Shown here: positions 20,296-28,425 of the stretch, piece by piece
Layout: each line of letters begins with the position of its first letter
Numbering within the stretch: position 1 is the stretch's first letter
Assembly (NCBI GenBank): GCA_946497925.1
Contig: CAMMMG010000002.1
Coordinates: 398-64,397 of the forward strand
Direction of reading: 5' to 3'
Origin: an uncultured Mycoplasmatota bacterium
Lineage (GTDB): Bacteria > Bacillota_I > Bacilli_A > RF39 > UBA660
Length of the DNA: 64,000 nucleotides
Made by a program: the position numbers and the translations under genes
The notes under the pieces: model-generated
What the model saw: only the letters and a program-made list of their open reading frames with translations
What the model was told of the DNA's origin: nothing
Databases searched by the model: none

Positions 20296-20748
20296 CTATT
20301 CTAAAAAAATCTTTCTAGTTACAAAGTTAAATACCATAACTATAACTGTTGCAATTATCTTAGCAAGCATATAATAGATACTTAAGAAATCTACTGTTAG
20401 CCACATAATTGCATTATTAAGTAAAAGACCTATAACGCTAAATACTATAAAAATAATAAATTGCTTTTTAGCATCTTTTTCTTTATTAACATCAAATACC
20501 CATTTAACACTGGCAGTATAATTATAAATAACAGAAATACAAAATGATAAAGTGTTAGAAACAAGTACTGGAAAATGACAAAATTCTCTAAATATATAAA
20601 GAAAAACAAAGTCAATAACAGTAGCAATTCCCCCAACAATTCCAAACTTAAATATTTGGATTAATAACTTACGTGTCTTAGTATTAAATTTTAAATGTAA
20701 AACATTACATACTTTATCGAATAACCATTCAATTTTATCTTTTTTCAT
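20296..20748 (-). CDS. GtrA-family small membrane protein
   Basis: 150 aa with 4 TM helices and a FKFGIVGGIATVIDF motif. Confidence 0.75.
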   Translation of the reverse strand: MKKDKIEWLFDKVCNVLHLKFNTKTRKLLIQIFKFGIVGGIATVIDFVFLYIFREFCHFPVLVSNTLSFCISVIYNYTASVKWVFDVNKEKDAKKQFIIFIVFSVIGLLLNNAIMWLTVDFLSIYYMLAKIIATVIVMVFNFVTRKIFLE

Positions 20749-20790
20749 ACTTCTCTCCTTAACAACTATAGTATAACATGAATTATATAA

Positions 20791-21612
20791 CTAGTCTAAA
20801 TATTTCTTTATTTCTTCAGTAATCACTTCATATCCCCTACTATTAGGATGTAGTCCATCATCAGTATATTCTTCATTAAAATTACCATCATCATCAAGTA
20901 ATTTATCATACATATTAATATAAGTATAACCATTATCATCACAATATTTTTTTATTTCCTCATTTATCTCCATAATATCATCATTATTTCTAACATCAAC
21001 CATATCTTCATCTAAATTATCATTAACAGGATAAACACTTTCAACATAAATTTCAGACTGTGGTTCATTACTATTAATTTCATTAACTATTTTTTCAATA
21101 TTAGAGACAATATCATCTACACTGATATCATGAATTAAATCATTAGTACCTATTAATAAAAATACTTTAGATGGATTATAATTATAAACTCTATTTTTCA
21201 TATCATTTAAGATATCTTCAGTCGTATTACCTGAAATACCACTATTCACAACAGGCAATCCTTCATAATATTTATCTAAATCATAAAAATCAGTAATAGA
21301 ATCTCCTAAAAATAAATAATTAGTGTAATCATCTTCTAATCTTTCCATTTCACCATTTTTATCTTCAATAGTATTATTTAAGTCATCTACAGATAAACTT
21401 AAATTATTAATTTTCAACAAAAAAAATGCATTAAAAAAAATACTAATTATTAAAATAATCAAAACTAATTTATTGTTATTACTCTTCTTATCTGTATATG
21501 TAGATGAATCATTTTTATAATAAATTCTTTTATTTTTTTCAAGTCTAGTAGTATATTTTTTCTTTTTTGATTTTTTATTTGTAGTTTTACTCATAATACT
21601 TCCCCTTTTCAT
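20791..21612 (-). CDS. Membrane-anchored SGNH/GDSL hydrolase
   Basis: It has an N-terminal TM helix, FLGDSITD (block I), NSGISGNTT (block II) and DDGLHPN (block V). Confidence 0.75.
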   Translation of the reverse strand: MKRGSIMSKTTNKKSKKKKYTTRLEKNKRIYYKNDSSTYTDKKSNNNKLVLIILIISIFFNAFFLLKINNLSLSVDDLNNTIEDKNGEMERLEDDYTNYLFLGDSITDFYDLDKYYEGLPVVNSGISGNTTEDILNDMKNRVYNYNPSKVFLLIGTNDLIHDISVDDIVSNIEKIVNEINSNEPQSEIYVESVYPVNDNLDEDMVDVRNNDDIMEINEEIKKYCDDNGYTYINMYDKLLDDDGNFNEEYTDDGLHPNSRGYEVITEEIKKYLD

Positions 21613-21655
21613 ACCAATATGAGTATAACATAAATATTTGTACTTTTACATTGAA

Positions 21656-21685
21656 AGAAAAAAACTTGACATTATTTGCCAAGTT
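21656..21685 (-). terminator. Rho-independent terminator (copy B), 5' arm inside the toxN stop region
   Basis: The minus strand reads AACTTGGC-AAATAAT-GTCAAGTT followed by TTTTTTTCTTTC. The stem begins in the codons ..ELGK*. Confidence 0.65.
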
Positions 21686-22142
21686 CTTCAAGCATCATCT
21701 CTTTAATTTTATCAATATCAGGAAAAAACAAATTAACTCCTTGTTTCTTTAAAGATAATAAGTAATTAAAATTGCTAGTTATTTCATCTTTTAATGTATC
21801 TATTACTTTAAGTGGTTTACCATTTATTATATGGGGATGATCTATATATTTTTCTAATGTAGGAAAAGCATTTTGTAATAATATAACTGATTTTTTATTG
21901 GCAATTTCTCTTATCATTATAGAACGACAATCTCCATATTTTTTAACCTTTTTATCTATTATAGGTTGATATTTAGAAACTTTACTACTTAACGGAATAA
22001 ACCATAATATATCCTTGTCTTTAATTGTAAAGTAAGTAGGTCTAGCTCTTCCATTTTCATGATTTATCATTAAACCTTTATCATTAATCTTATCAAAGAA
22101 TTCATCTTTTATATGATAAATATATCCTGTTTGGACCTTGAT
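21672..22142 (-). CDS. Type III toxin-antitoxin toxin, ToxN/AbiQ-like endoribonuclease (start codon uncertain)
   Basis: ..GYIYHIKDEFFDKINDKGL...RARPTYFTIKDKDILWFIPLSSK.. resembles ToxN/AbiQ N-terminal regions. The frame is open up to 22192, but the first ATG is at 22070, inside the conserved region. An ATC at 22142 lies 8 nt after GGGGGGTG. Confidence 0.6.
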   Translation of the reverse strand: MKVQTGYIYHIKDEFFDKINDKGLMINHENGRARPTYFTIKDKDILWFIPLSSKVSKYQPIIDKKVKKYGDCRSIMIREIANKKSVILLQNAFPTLEKYIDHPHIINGKPLKVIDTLKDEITSNFNYLLSLKKQGVNLFFPDIDKIKEMMLEELGK

Positions 22143-22233
22143 TTTATAAGCACCCCCCCAATAAAAAATATAACTTGTAACTAAAATATATCAAATTATA
22201 ACTATGTTTGCAAGTACAAAAGTTTGATTTTTA

Positions 22234-22272
22234 GAAGAAAAAGAAAACTTTATTCAAAAGAACAAAGTTTTC
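22234..22272 (-). terminator. Terminator between antitoxin repeats and toxin gene
   Basis: The minus strand reads GAAAACTTT-GTTCTTTTGAAT-AAAGTTTTC followed by TTTTTCTTC. Confidence 0.65.
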
Positions 22273-22273
22273 A

Positions 22274-22378
22274 AACATTTTCGATCGGAATAATTTATAT
22301 CCCGCACCATCCGAGAGCGGTTAACATTTCACGATTGGAATAATTTATAACCCGCACCATCCAAGAGCGGCTAACATG
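22274..22378 (-). ncRNA. ToxI-like antitoxin RNA: two tandem 49/50-nt repeats (+ start of a third)
   Basis: The units start at 22274 and 22323, and a partial unit starts at 22373. Unit 1 is aacattttcgatcggaataatttatatcccgcaccatccgagagcggtt and unit 2 is aacatttcacgattggaataatttataacccgcaccatccaagagcggct. They are GC-richer than the surroundings and lie between a consensus promoter and a terminator upstream of the toxin. Confidence 0.6.
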
Positions 22379-22407
22379 TACATATTACATTTCTTAAATG
22401 CAATACT

Positions 22408-22436
22408 AATATACTATATTTTGACATATATGTCAA
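22408..22436 (-). promoter_or_regulatory. Sigma-A type promoter for the repeat-toxin operon
   Basis: The minus strand reads TTGACA-17 nt-TATATT. Confidence 0.6.
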
Positions 22437-22495
22437 TAAGTATACACTATTATTGTATGCAATTTCCCAAATATTTATAGAGATTTTTGGGATTA

Positions 22496-22933
22496 TTATT
22501 TACCAAGTCTATTTGTTTCTTTAAACAAACTTTCATCTATTGTTATATCTTTATTAGTACCAGTTACTTTATGTAGATAATAATTATATTTATCATTATC
22601 TATCATTTCATAACCATCATTATACAATTTTCTAAGCATATCATCTTCTTTAACAAACTGTTTATAGGTTAAATCAGCTAAATAGTAATTACTATTATCA
22701 ACTGGTACTAAAACAAATCTATGTTTATAAGAAAATCCTAAATCATTAGTATCAACTATATAAGCAAGACATGACATATCTTTTAGATTCTCATATAAAT
22801 AGCTACTGTATACTAAACACATTCTCTCATAATCAAGATTTGTTAAGTCACTTTTAGTTTTTTTAATCGCTTGTTTAATAATAGATTCTTTGTCTATATT
22901 AGCAATATTAAGCATTCTATCATATAAAGACAT
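22496..22933 (-). CDS. Hypothetical protein with Cys...His...Asp (transglutaminase/papain-like) motif
   Basis: It has MCLVYSSYLY, then KHRFVLVPVDNSNYYLADLTYKQF. The last block is shared with the 307-aa ORF at 51103-52026. Confidence 0.35.
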   Translation of the reverse strand: MSLYDRMLNIANIDKESIIKQAIKKTKSDLTNLDYERMCLVYSSYLYENLKDMSCLAYIVDTNDLGFSYKHRFVLVPVDNSNYYLADLTYKQFVKEDDMLRKLYNDGYEMIDNDKYNYYLHKVTGTNKDITIDESLFKETNRLGK

Positions 22934-22935
22934 AA

Positions 22936-25554
22936 TTAATTCTCTAATTTAGCCTGAGCAGCAGCAAGTCTTGCAACAGGTACTCTAAATGGACTACAAG
23001 AAACATAGTTAAGGCCAACTTTATGACAGAAAGCTATACTCTTAGGATCTCCTCCATGTTCTCCACAGATACCTAATTTGATATCGCTTCTTGTACTTCT
23101 ACCAAGTTCAGCAGCCATTTTTACTAATTTACCTACACCAACAGTATCTAGGCTTGCGAAAGGATCATTTATAAATATTTTTTTATCATAGTAATCTTTT
23201 AAGAACTTAGAAGCATCATCTCTTGAGAATCCATAAGTCATTTGGGTTAAATCGTTAGTACCAAAACTGAAGAATTCTGCTTCTTCTGCTATTTTATCTG
23301 CAAGTAAAGCAGCTCTTGGTATTTCTATCATAGTACCTACTTTATATTTTAAATCACTGTTATTATCTTTAATAATAGCATCAGCTGTTTCAACTACTAT
23401 ATTCTTAACATATTTTAATTCATTAACATCACCTACTAAAGGTATCATAATTTCAGGTGTTACTTTAATACCCTCTTTTTCTACTTCTAAAGCGGCATTT
23501 ATAACAGCTTTTGTTTGCATAACAGCAATTTCAGGATAAGTAACAGCTAGACGACATCCACGATGTCCCATCATTGGATTAAATTCTTTTAGTGACTCTA
23601 CTTTATTCTTTAAAGAAACAAAGTCCATATCAAGATCTTTAGCAAGAGCTTTAATCTCATCATCAGTATGAGGTAAGAACTCATGTAGTGGTGGGTCTAA
23701 AAATCTAATAGTAACTTCATAACCATCCATAACTTTAAATAACTCTTTAAAGTCATCTTTTTGATAAGGTAAAATCTTATCTAGTGCTTCTTCACGTTTT
23801 TCTAAAGTAGGTGCTACTATCATCTTTCTAAAGTTAAAGATTCTCTCACTATCAAAGAACATATGCTCTGTACGACAAAGTCCAATACCTTTAGCACCAA
23901 AATCTCTTGCAACTTTAGCATCCCTAGGATTATCAGCATTAGTTCTAACTTCTAAATCTGCTATCTCATCAGCCCAGTTCATGAATGTTTCAAAGTTTCC
24001 ACTAATAGATGCAGGAACTGTTTTTATCTCTTCTCCATAAACATTACCAGTTGAACCATCTAAACTAAGATAGTCTCCTTCTTTGAATACTTTACCGGCT
24101 TTAGTAGTTAAAGTTTTCTTATTAACATCAACTACTACATCAGAACATCCTGATACACAACAAGTACCCATACCACGAGCGACAACAGCAGCATGTGAAG
24201 TCATTCCACCTCTAACTGTTAAAATACCACGAGCGATATTCATACCTTCAATATCTTCTGGAGATGTTTCTTCTCTTGCTAATATTATATCTTCTATTCC
24301 CTCTTCGTTAGCTTTCATAACATCTTCTGCACTAAAATATAAATGTCCAGTAGCAGCCCCAGGAGAAGCAGCTAAACCTTTACCAATAACTTTCGCTTTA
24401 GATAAGGCATCTTTATCAAAAGCAGGATGTAATAATTGTTCTAGTTGTTTAGGTTCTACTCTTAAAAGAGCTTCTTCTTTAGTAATCTTACCTTCATTAA
24501 CAAGTTCTACAGCAATTCTAAGAGCAGCTTCTGCTGTTCTTTTACCACTTCTAGTTTGAAGCATAAATAACTTACCATTTTCAATAGTAAACTCCATATC
24601 TTGCATATCTTTATAATGGTCTTCTAGAGTTTTACATATCTTAACAAACTCATCGAAACATTCTGGCATAACTTCTTTTAAAGTATCAATAGACTGTGGA
24701 GTTCTAATACCTGCAACTACATCCTCTCCTTGAGCATTAATTAAATACTCTCCATATAGCTTAGCTTCTCCAGTAGCAGGATTTCTAGTAAATGCAACAC
24801 CAGTACCACTAGTATTACCCATATTACCATAAACCATCTCTTGAACATTAACAGCAGTACCCCAGTCACCTGGAATATCATTAAGACGTCTATAAGTAAT
24901 CGCTCTATCATTATTCCAACTTCTAAAGACAGCTTTAACCGCTTCTATTAGTTGCACTTTAGCATCTTGTGGGAACTCAACACCAGCATGTTTTCTATAT
25001 TCTTCTTTATATCTATCTACAACTTCAACTAAGTCATCAGCAGTTAAATCAGTATCAAGTTCTACATTCTTTTCTTTCTTAATATCTTCAAATAAATATT
25101 CAAAAGAACTCTTTGGAAAGCCCATAACTACATCTGCAAACATTTGAATAAAACGACGATAACAGTCATAAGCAAATCTTTTGTTATCTGTAAGTCTTGC
25201 AAGTGTTTCTACTACTTCATCATTCATACCAAGATTAAGGATGGTATCCATCATTCCTGGCATAGAGCTTCTTGCCCCACTTCTAACTGATACTAATAAT
25301 GGATTTTTATTATCTCCCATAGTCTTACCAGTTAACTTTTCAAGATTAGCTAATTCTTTAAAGATTTCTTCTTTAATATCCTCACTAATCTCTTCATTAT
25401 CATCATAGTATTTTAAGCAAGCTTCAGTTGTTACAGTAAAACCACGAGGTACAGGTAATCCAATTCTTGTCATTTCTGCAAGATTAGCTCCTTTTCCTCC
25501 TAACAACTCTCTCATATCCTTATTGCCTTCACTAAAGGCATAAACATATTTCAT
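22936..25554 (-). CDS. ppdK: Pyruvate, phosphate dikinase
   Basis: 872 aa. It has GGKGANLAEM, the phospho-His region GGMTSHAAVVARG and the C-terminal PEP-utilising domain GICGEHGGDP. Confidence 0.95.
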   Translation of the reverse strand: MKYVYAFSEGNKDMRELLGGKGANLAEMTRIGLPVPRGFTVTTEACLKYYDDNEEISEDIKEEIFKELANLEKLTGKTMGDNKNPLLVSVRSGARSSMPGMMDTILNLGMNDEVVETLARLTDNKRFAYDCYRRFIQMFADVVMGFPKSSFEYLFEDIKKEKNVELDTDLTADDLVEVVDRYKEEYRKHAGVEFPQDAKVQLIEAVKAVFRSWNNDRAITYRRLNDIPGDWGTAVNVQEMVYGNMGNTSGTGVAFTRNPATGEAKLYGEYLINAQGEDVVAGIRTPQSIDTLKEVMPECFDEFVKICKTLEDHYKDMQDMEFTIENGKLFMLQTRSGKRTAEAALRIAVELVNEGKITKEEALLRVEPKQLEQLLHPAFDKDALSKAKVIGKGLAASPGAATGHLYFSAEDVMKANEEGIEDIILAREETSPEDIEGMNIARGILTVRGGMTSHAAVVARGMGTCCVSGCSDVVVDVNKKTLTTKAGKVFKEGDYLSLDGSTGNVYGEEIKTVPASISGNFETFMNWADEIADLEVRTNADNPRDAKVARDFGAKGIGLCRTEHMFFDSERIFNFRKMIVAPTLEKREEALDKILPYQKDDFKELFKVMDGYEVTIRFLDPPLHEFLPHTDDEIKALAKDLDMDFVSLKNKVESLKEFNPMMGHRGCRLAVTYPEIAVMQTKAVINAALEVEKEGIKVTPEIMIPLVGDVNELKYVKNIVVETADAIIKDNNSDLKYKVGTMIEIPRAALLADKIAEEAEFFSFGTNDLTQMTYGFSRDDASKFLKDYYDKKIFINDPFASLDTVGVGKLVKMAAELGRSTRSDIKLGICGEHGGDPKSIAFCHKVGLNYVSCSPFRVPVARLAAAQAKLEN

Positions 25555-25659
25555 TTAATCACTATCCTTTCGCTATAAAACAAGTATAACAAAGATAATT
25601 TATTTTTTAAAGAAAAAATTGCTACTAAAAATACGACATGATATACTAATAACAAGGAA

Positions 25660-25870
25660 GTGAAACTATGGAGAACATAAGAAATAAAATAAATTTTATT
25701 TCGCCCTTGTCGTTGCCTCCAAGGATTCCTATTTCATAGATAGAGTAACCTCTATTCTCCATAGGCTTAAATTCCGATGGTCGCCACCGTACTAATTTAT
25801 TTTTATATTAAATCGTTTTTTTCTATCTAAAACATTATCTATACTAAACTAACTAAATTATAGTGTAACT
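25660..25870 (-). ncRNA. TnpB-associated omega/right-end RNA region (boundaries approximate)
   Basis: A GC-richer structured stretch lies just 3' of tnpB (GTACGGTGGCGACCATCGG...CCTTGGAGGCAACGACAAGGGCGAAAT on the minus strand). It is enclosed by a 10-nt inverted repeat: CTATGGAGAA at 25666-25675 and TTCTCCATAG at 25757-25766. Confidence 0.5.
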
Positions 25871-26987
25871 TTAACCCTTCAAATAATATATTTAAACTAG
25901 CATTTATATCTCTATCATTATGAGTTCCACATTCTGGACAATCATATTCTCTTATACATAAATCTTTTATTTCATTATTCTTATAACCACAGTGACTACA
26001 TATTTGACTACTCGGATAATAAGTATTTATCTTATAATAATACTTTCCTTTTATCTTACTTTTCCATTCTATTAGAGAACATAATTTACTTAAACTTGCA
26101 TCTGATAGACTTTTGTTAAATGCTTTTACTTTTTCTTTAAACATATCTTTTACTAATAGACTCTCTGTTACTATAATATCATGGTCATCTACTATCTCAT
26201 TAGCAATGTCATTTAAATAATGTTTTCTATAATTCTTTATCTTAGCATGTACTCTTGCTATTTTTTCTTTTGTCTTTAAATAATTCTTACTACCTTTAAC
26301 TTGTCTAGATAACTTTCTTTGTAATCTTTTTAACCTCTTTTCAAATTTCATTAATACTTTATCATTACCATATTTAATACCATCACTTGTTACTACTAAA
26401 TCTTTTATTCCTAAATCTATTCCTACTATAGTTGTAGGTATTATCTTTTCTATTATGATATCTTCTTCTACTAATACACTAACATAATACTTATTGGTTG
26501 CATCTCTTGATATAGTTGCATTTACTATCTTACCTTCTATTCTTTCTTCATTTCTAAATCCTCTTATTTTAACTTTTCCTAGTTTTGGTAATTTTATATT
26601 TCTAGTTAATAAATCTACTTCTATATTACTATATTCTTTTTCTTTATATGTACCTCTTACACAACTAGTTCTATAAGACTGTCTACTAAATTTACTTTTA
26701 AAGTTAGGATAACCTTTTCTTTTAGCATAATAATCATTAAAAGCTTTACATAAATCATCTACAGCAGAACATAATACGATTGAATCCACTTCTTTGAGAA
26801 ATTCATTTTCTTCTTTTAATTTAGGTAAATCTTTATGTAAATCATATCTAAATTTACCTTTGTTTTCTTTAAAATAATTAAGATAATAATTATATACAAA
26901 TCTTTTACATCCAAAAGTCTTATTAATTAATACCTTTTGGTCATCTGTTGGATATAACCTAAATTTATATGCTTTATATATCTCCAT
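25839..26987 (-). CDS. tnpB: IS200/IS605-family accessory protein TnpB (RNA-guided nuclease), no tnpA present
   Basis: MEIYKAYKFRLYPTDDQ..., a RuvC-like IVGIDLGIKD, and a C-terminal zinc ribbon CSHCGY...CPECG...DRDINAS. Confidence 0.85.
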   Translation of the reverse strand: MEIYKAYKFRLYPTDDQKVLINKTFGCKRFVYNYYLNYFKENKGKFRYDLHKDLPKLKEENEFLKEVDSIVLCSAVDDLCKAFNDYYAKRKGYPNFKSKFSRQSYRTSCVRGTYKEKEYSNIEVDLLTRNIKLPKLGKVKIRGFRNEERIEGKIVNATISRDATNKYYVSVLVEEDIIIEKIIPTTIVGIDLGIKDLVVTSDGIKYGNDKVLMKFEKRLKRLQRKLSRQVKGSKNYLKTKEKIARVHAKIKNYRKHYLNDIANEIVDDHDIIVTESLLVKDMFKEKVKAFNKSLSDASLSKLCSLIEWKSKIKGKYYYKINTYYPSSQICSHCGYKNNEIKDLCIREYDCPECGTHNDRDINASLNILFEGLKLHYNLVSLV

Positions 26988-27002
26988 AATGTGAACCTCC
27001 CT

Positions 27003-27512
27003 TTAGTAACTTAAGTGTACTTTATAGAAGGTATGTTTGTCAATACATAAATTCGATTTCTTTTCAAAAAAACTTTCCTTATAGATAAAAAGAACTGAAA
27101 AAACATTTGACCGTCTTATTCCGAATAATCTTATACCACTACTAATACCAAGTTGCCAAACGTGATATTCGTTAATATTGTTATTTAAAAACAGTTCAAA
27201 ATCTCTATCGCTATAGTCATCACCTTTATAAGACTTAAATAAAGCTTTTACAACATCAATTACAACAGAATATTCTTTTGTATCAGTTAAAATTGCATGA
27301 GAATGCCTTTTTGTTTCCTTTTTTACATTATCAAAAGAAAATTGAATCAAAGCAGGTATATCAGTTTCAAAAAGTCTCTTAAATTTTTCAAAGAATTGAT
27401 TCGCATTTTTTAATTTATTAGTAAAGTTTTCTGTTTTAACACATCTAAAACAAAACGGAAAAAGAGAAAAGTCTATACAAATATTTTTATTATCACTATT
27501 AAACTGATTCAT
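27003..27512 (-). CDS. Candidate toxin partner of the Panacea antitoxin (family unassigned; weak RelE/Gp49-like C-terminal pattern)
   Basis: It overlaps the upstream DUF4065 gene by 14 nt. It contains HVWQLGISSGIRLFGIRRSNVFSVLFIY. Confidence 0.35.
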   Translation of the reverse strand: MNQFNSDNKNICIDFSLFPFCFRCVKTENFTNKLKNANQFFEKFKRLFETDIPALIQFSFDNVKKETKRHSHAILTDTKEYSVVIDVVKALFKSYKGDDYSDRDFELFLNNNINEYHVWQLGISSGIRLFGIRRSNVFSVLFIYKESFFEKKSNLCIDKHTFYKVHLSY

Positions 27513-27984
27513 TAAATAATATTTCCTTAAATGTTACAAATATATCTTCATCTTTAAGTAAATTGTTAGAAGCATCTATAGGTGATAGTCCTTTCCTAGC
27601 ATTTATCCATGGTTGTTGACTATGAGAAATATTTTCTAATTCATCAGCACTGTATTTACCATAAATTTCGATTGTTTTATTTAATGCATTCATCACTTCT
27701 TGATTAAAATTAAATTTTTCTACACTCTCAATTGATAACAAATTCACACCATTATTTTTATATAAAGAATAAATTTTAGGATCAACAGGCCCATGAACCC
27801 ATGCTTCAAATTTATTCTTAAATAAGAAATTATTTAGGTTGTTTGAATCACTATTATTTTGAGCTAAATAAATACCATAACTAAAATATAGTAACTTTTG
27901 TAATTTTTTATGAGTCATTGGCTCTGTATGTAAAAACCATTTAGCAATTTCATAAATATCATTAATGGCAACATTCATATTCAC
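27499..27984 (-). CDS. Panacea (DUF4065, SocA/GepA-like) antitoxin-domain protein
   Basis: MTHKKLQKLLYFSYGIYL...FEAWVHGPVDPKIYSLYK. Confidence 0.7.
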   Translation of the reverse strand: MNMNVAINDIYEIAKWFLHTEPMTHKKLQKLLYFSYGIYLAQNNSDSNNLNNFLFKNKFEAWVHGPVDPKIYSLYKNNGVNLLSIESVEKFNFNQEVMNALNKTIEIYGKYSADELENISHSQQPWINARKGLSPIDASNNLLKDEDIFVTFKEILFNESV

Positions 27985-28425
27985 ACCTCCAATATATATT
28001 CAAATTAATTATTTTTTTACATATATAATTGTAACCTAAGTTTATAACACAAATGTATGTATGTCAATATATCTTTTATAATTAAATAAGTCACTAGTTG
28101 CACAGTATGGCTGTTTAATATATAATCAGTCATTTCTTTAGTTTCAAATAAATCTCTGTACTTTAATATTTAATGCTAATTCTAATAATATGTTTACTTT
28201 TTCAAGTTTATTTCTAGGTTTACTATTCATAGGACTACATAAAAAGTCTTGTAAATTATCTTTATATTTATCTTGTATAAAGTTTTCAATGATAGTAATA
28301 TTTTTTTATCCCCAAGCATAACTTACCTTGAAGAATCAATTCTCTTTTTCATTTTGTTGTCCTCTTTACATTAGCGAGTAAATGTATAGAGGAAACCACA
28401 TCACTATTACACACTCTAAATAATT

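Larger units (their letters stand above)
25660..27060 (-). mobile_element. Solo-tnpB IS605/IS1341-like element (ends approximate)
   Basis: tnpB plus a 3' structured RNA region. There are only 15 nt between the upstream ORF stop and the tnpB ATG, so the left end must overlap that ORF. Confidence 0.45.

Noticed and set aside
22153-22159. The C7/G7 homopolymer as a phase-variation switch for the toxin
   Set aside because: A G6 variant would put a TTG in frame, which is suggestive. From a single sequence there is no evidence of length variation, and the tract may simply be the Shine-Dalgarno region. It is kept as a note inside the ToxIN finding only.
22274-22378. The tandem repeats as a mini CRISPR array
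   Set aside because: The units are contiguous (no spacers), there are only about two of them, they are ~49-50 nt long and no cas genes are present. The promoter-repeats-terminator-toxN layout fits a type III antitoxin instead.
24083-24559. Antisense or alternative-frame ORFs from the six-frame track: 602-784, 14224-14478, 14693-14878, 16619-16819, 20445-20645, 24083-24559, 25181-25408, 26494-26676, 29816-30028, 34072-34296, 37419-37604, 37924-38112, 40978-41205, 43178-43366, 46439-46621, 49565-49810, 52151-52576, 54829-55050, 57011-57205, 57352-57582, 61205-61570, 61777-61983, 61833-62057, 62704-62928
   Set aside because: All lie entirely inside, or antisense to, longer ORFs with clear family signatures. 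They have low-complexity, compositionally skewed translations (S/L/F/I-rich mirror images of the real genes), and I could see no ribosome-binding site for them.
27985-28425. A gene in the 440-nt gap between the Panacea gene and the AbiEii relic
   Set aside because: Only short minus-strand fragments interrupted by stops and frameshifts are present (e.g. MKKRIDSSR*, ...IIENFIQDKYKDNLQDFLCSPMNSKPRNKLEKVNILLELALNIKVQRFI*). They are treated as gene debris. A hairpin at ~28355-28395 was not convincing as a terminator.
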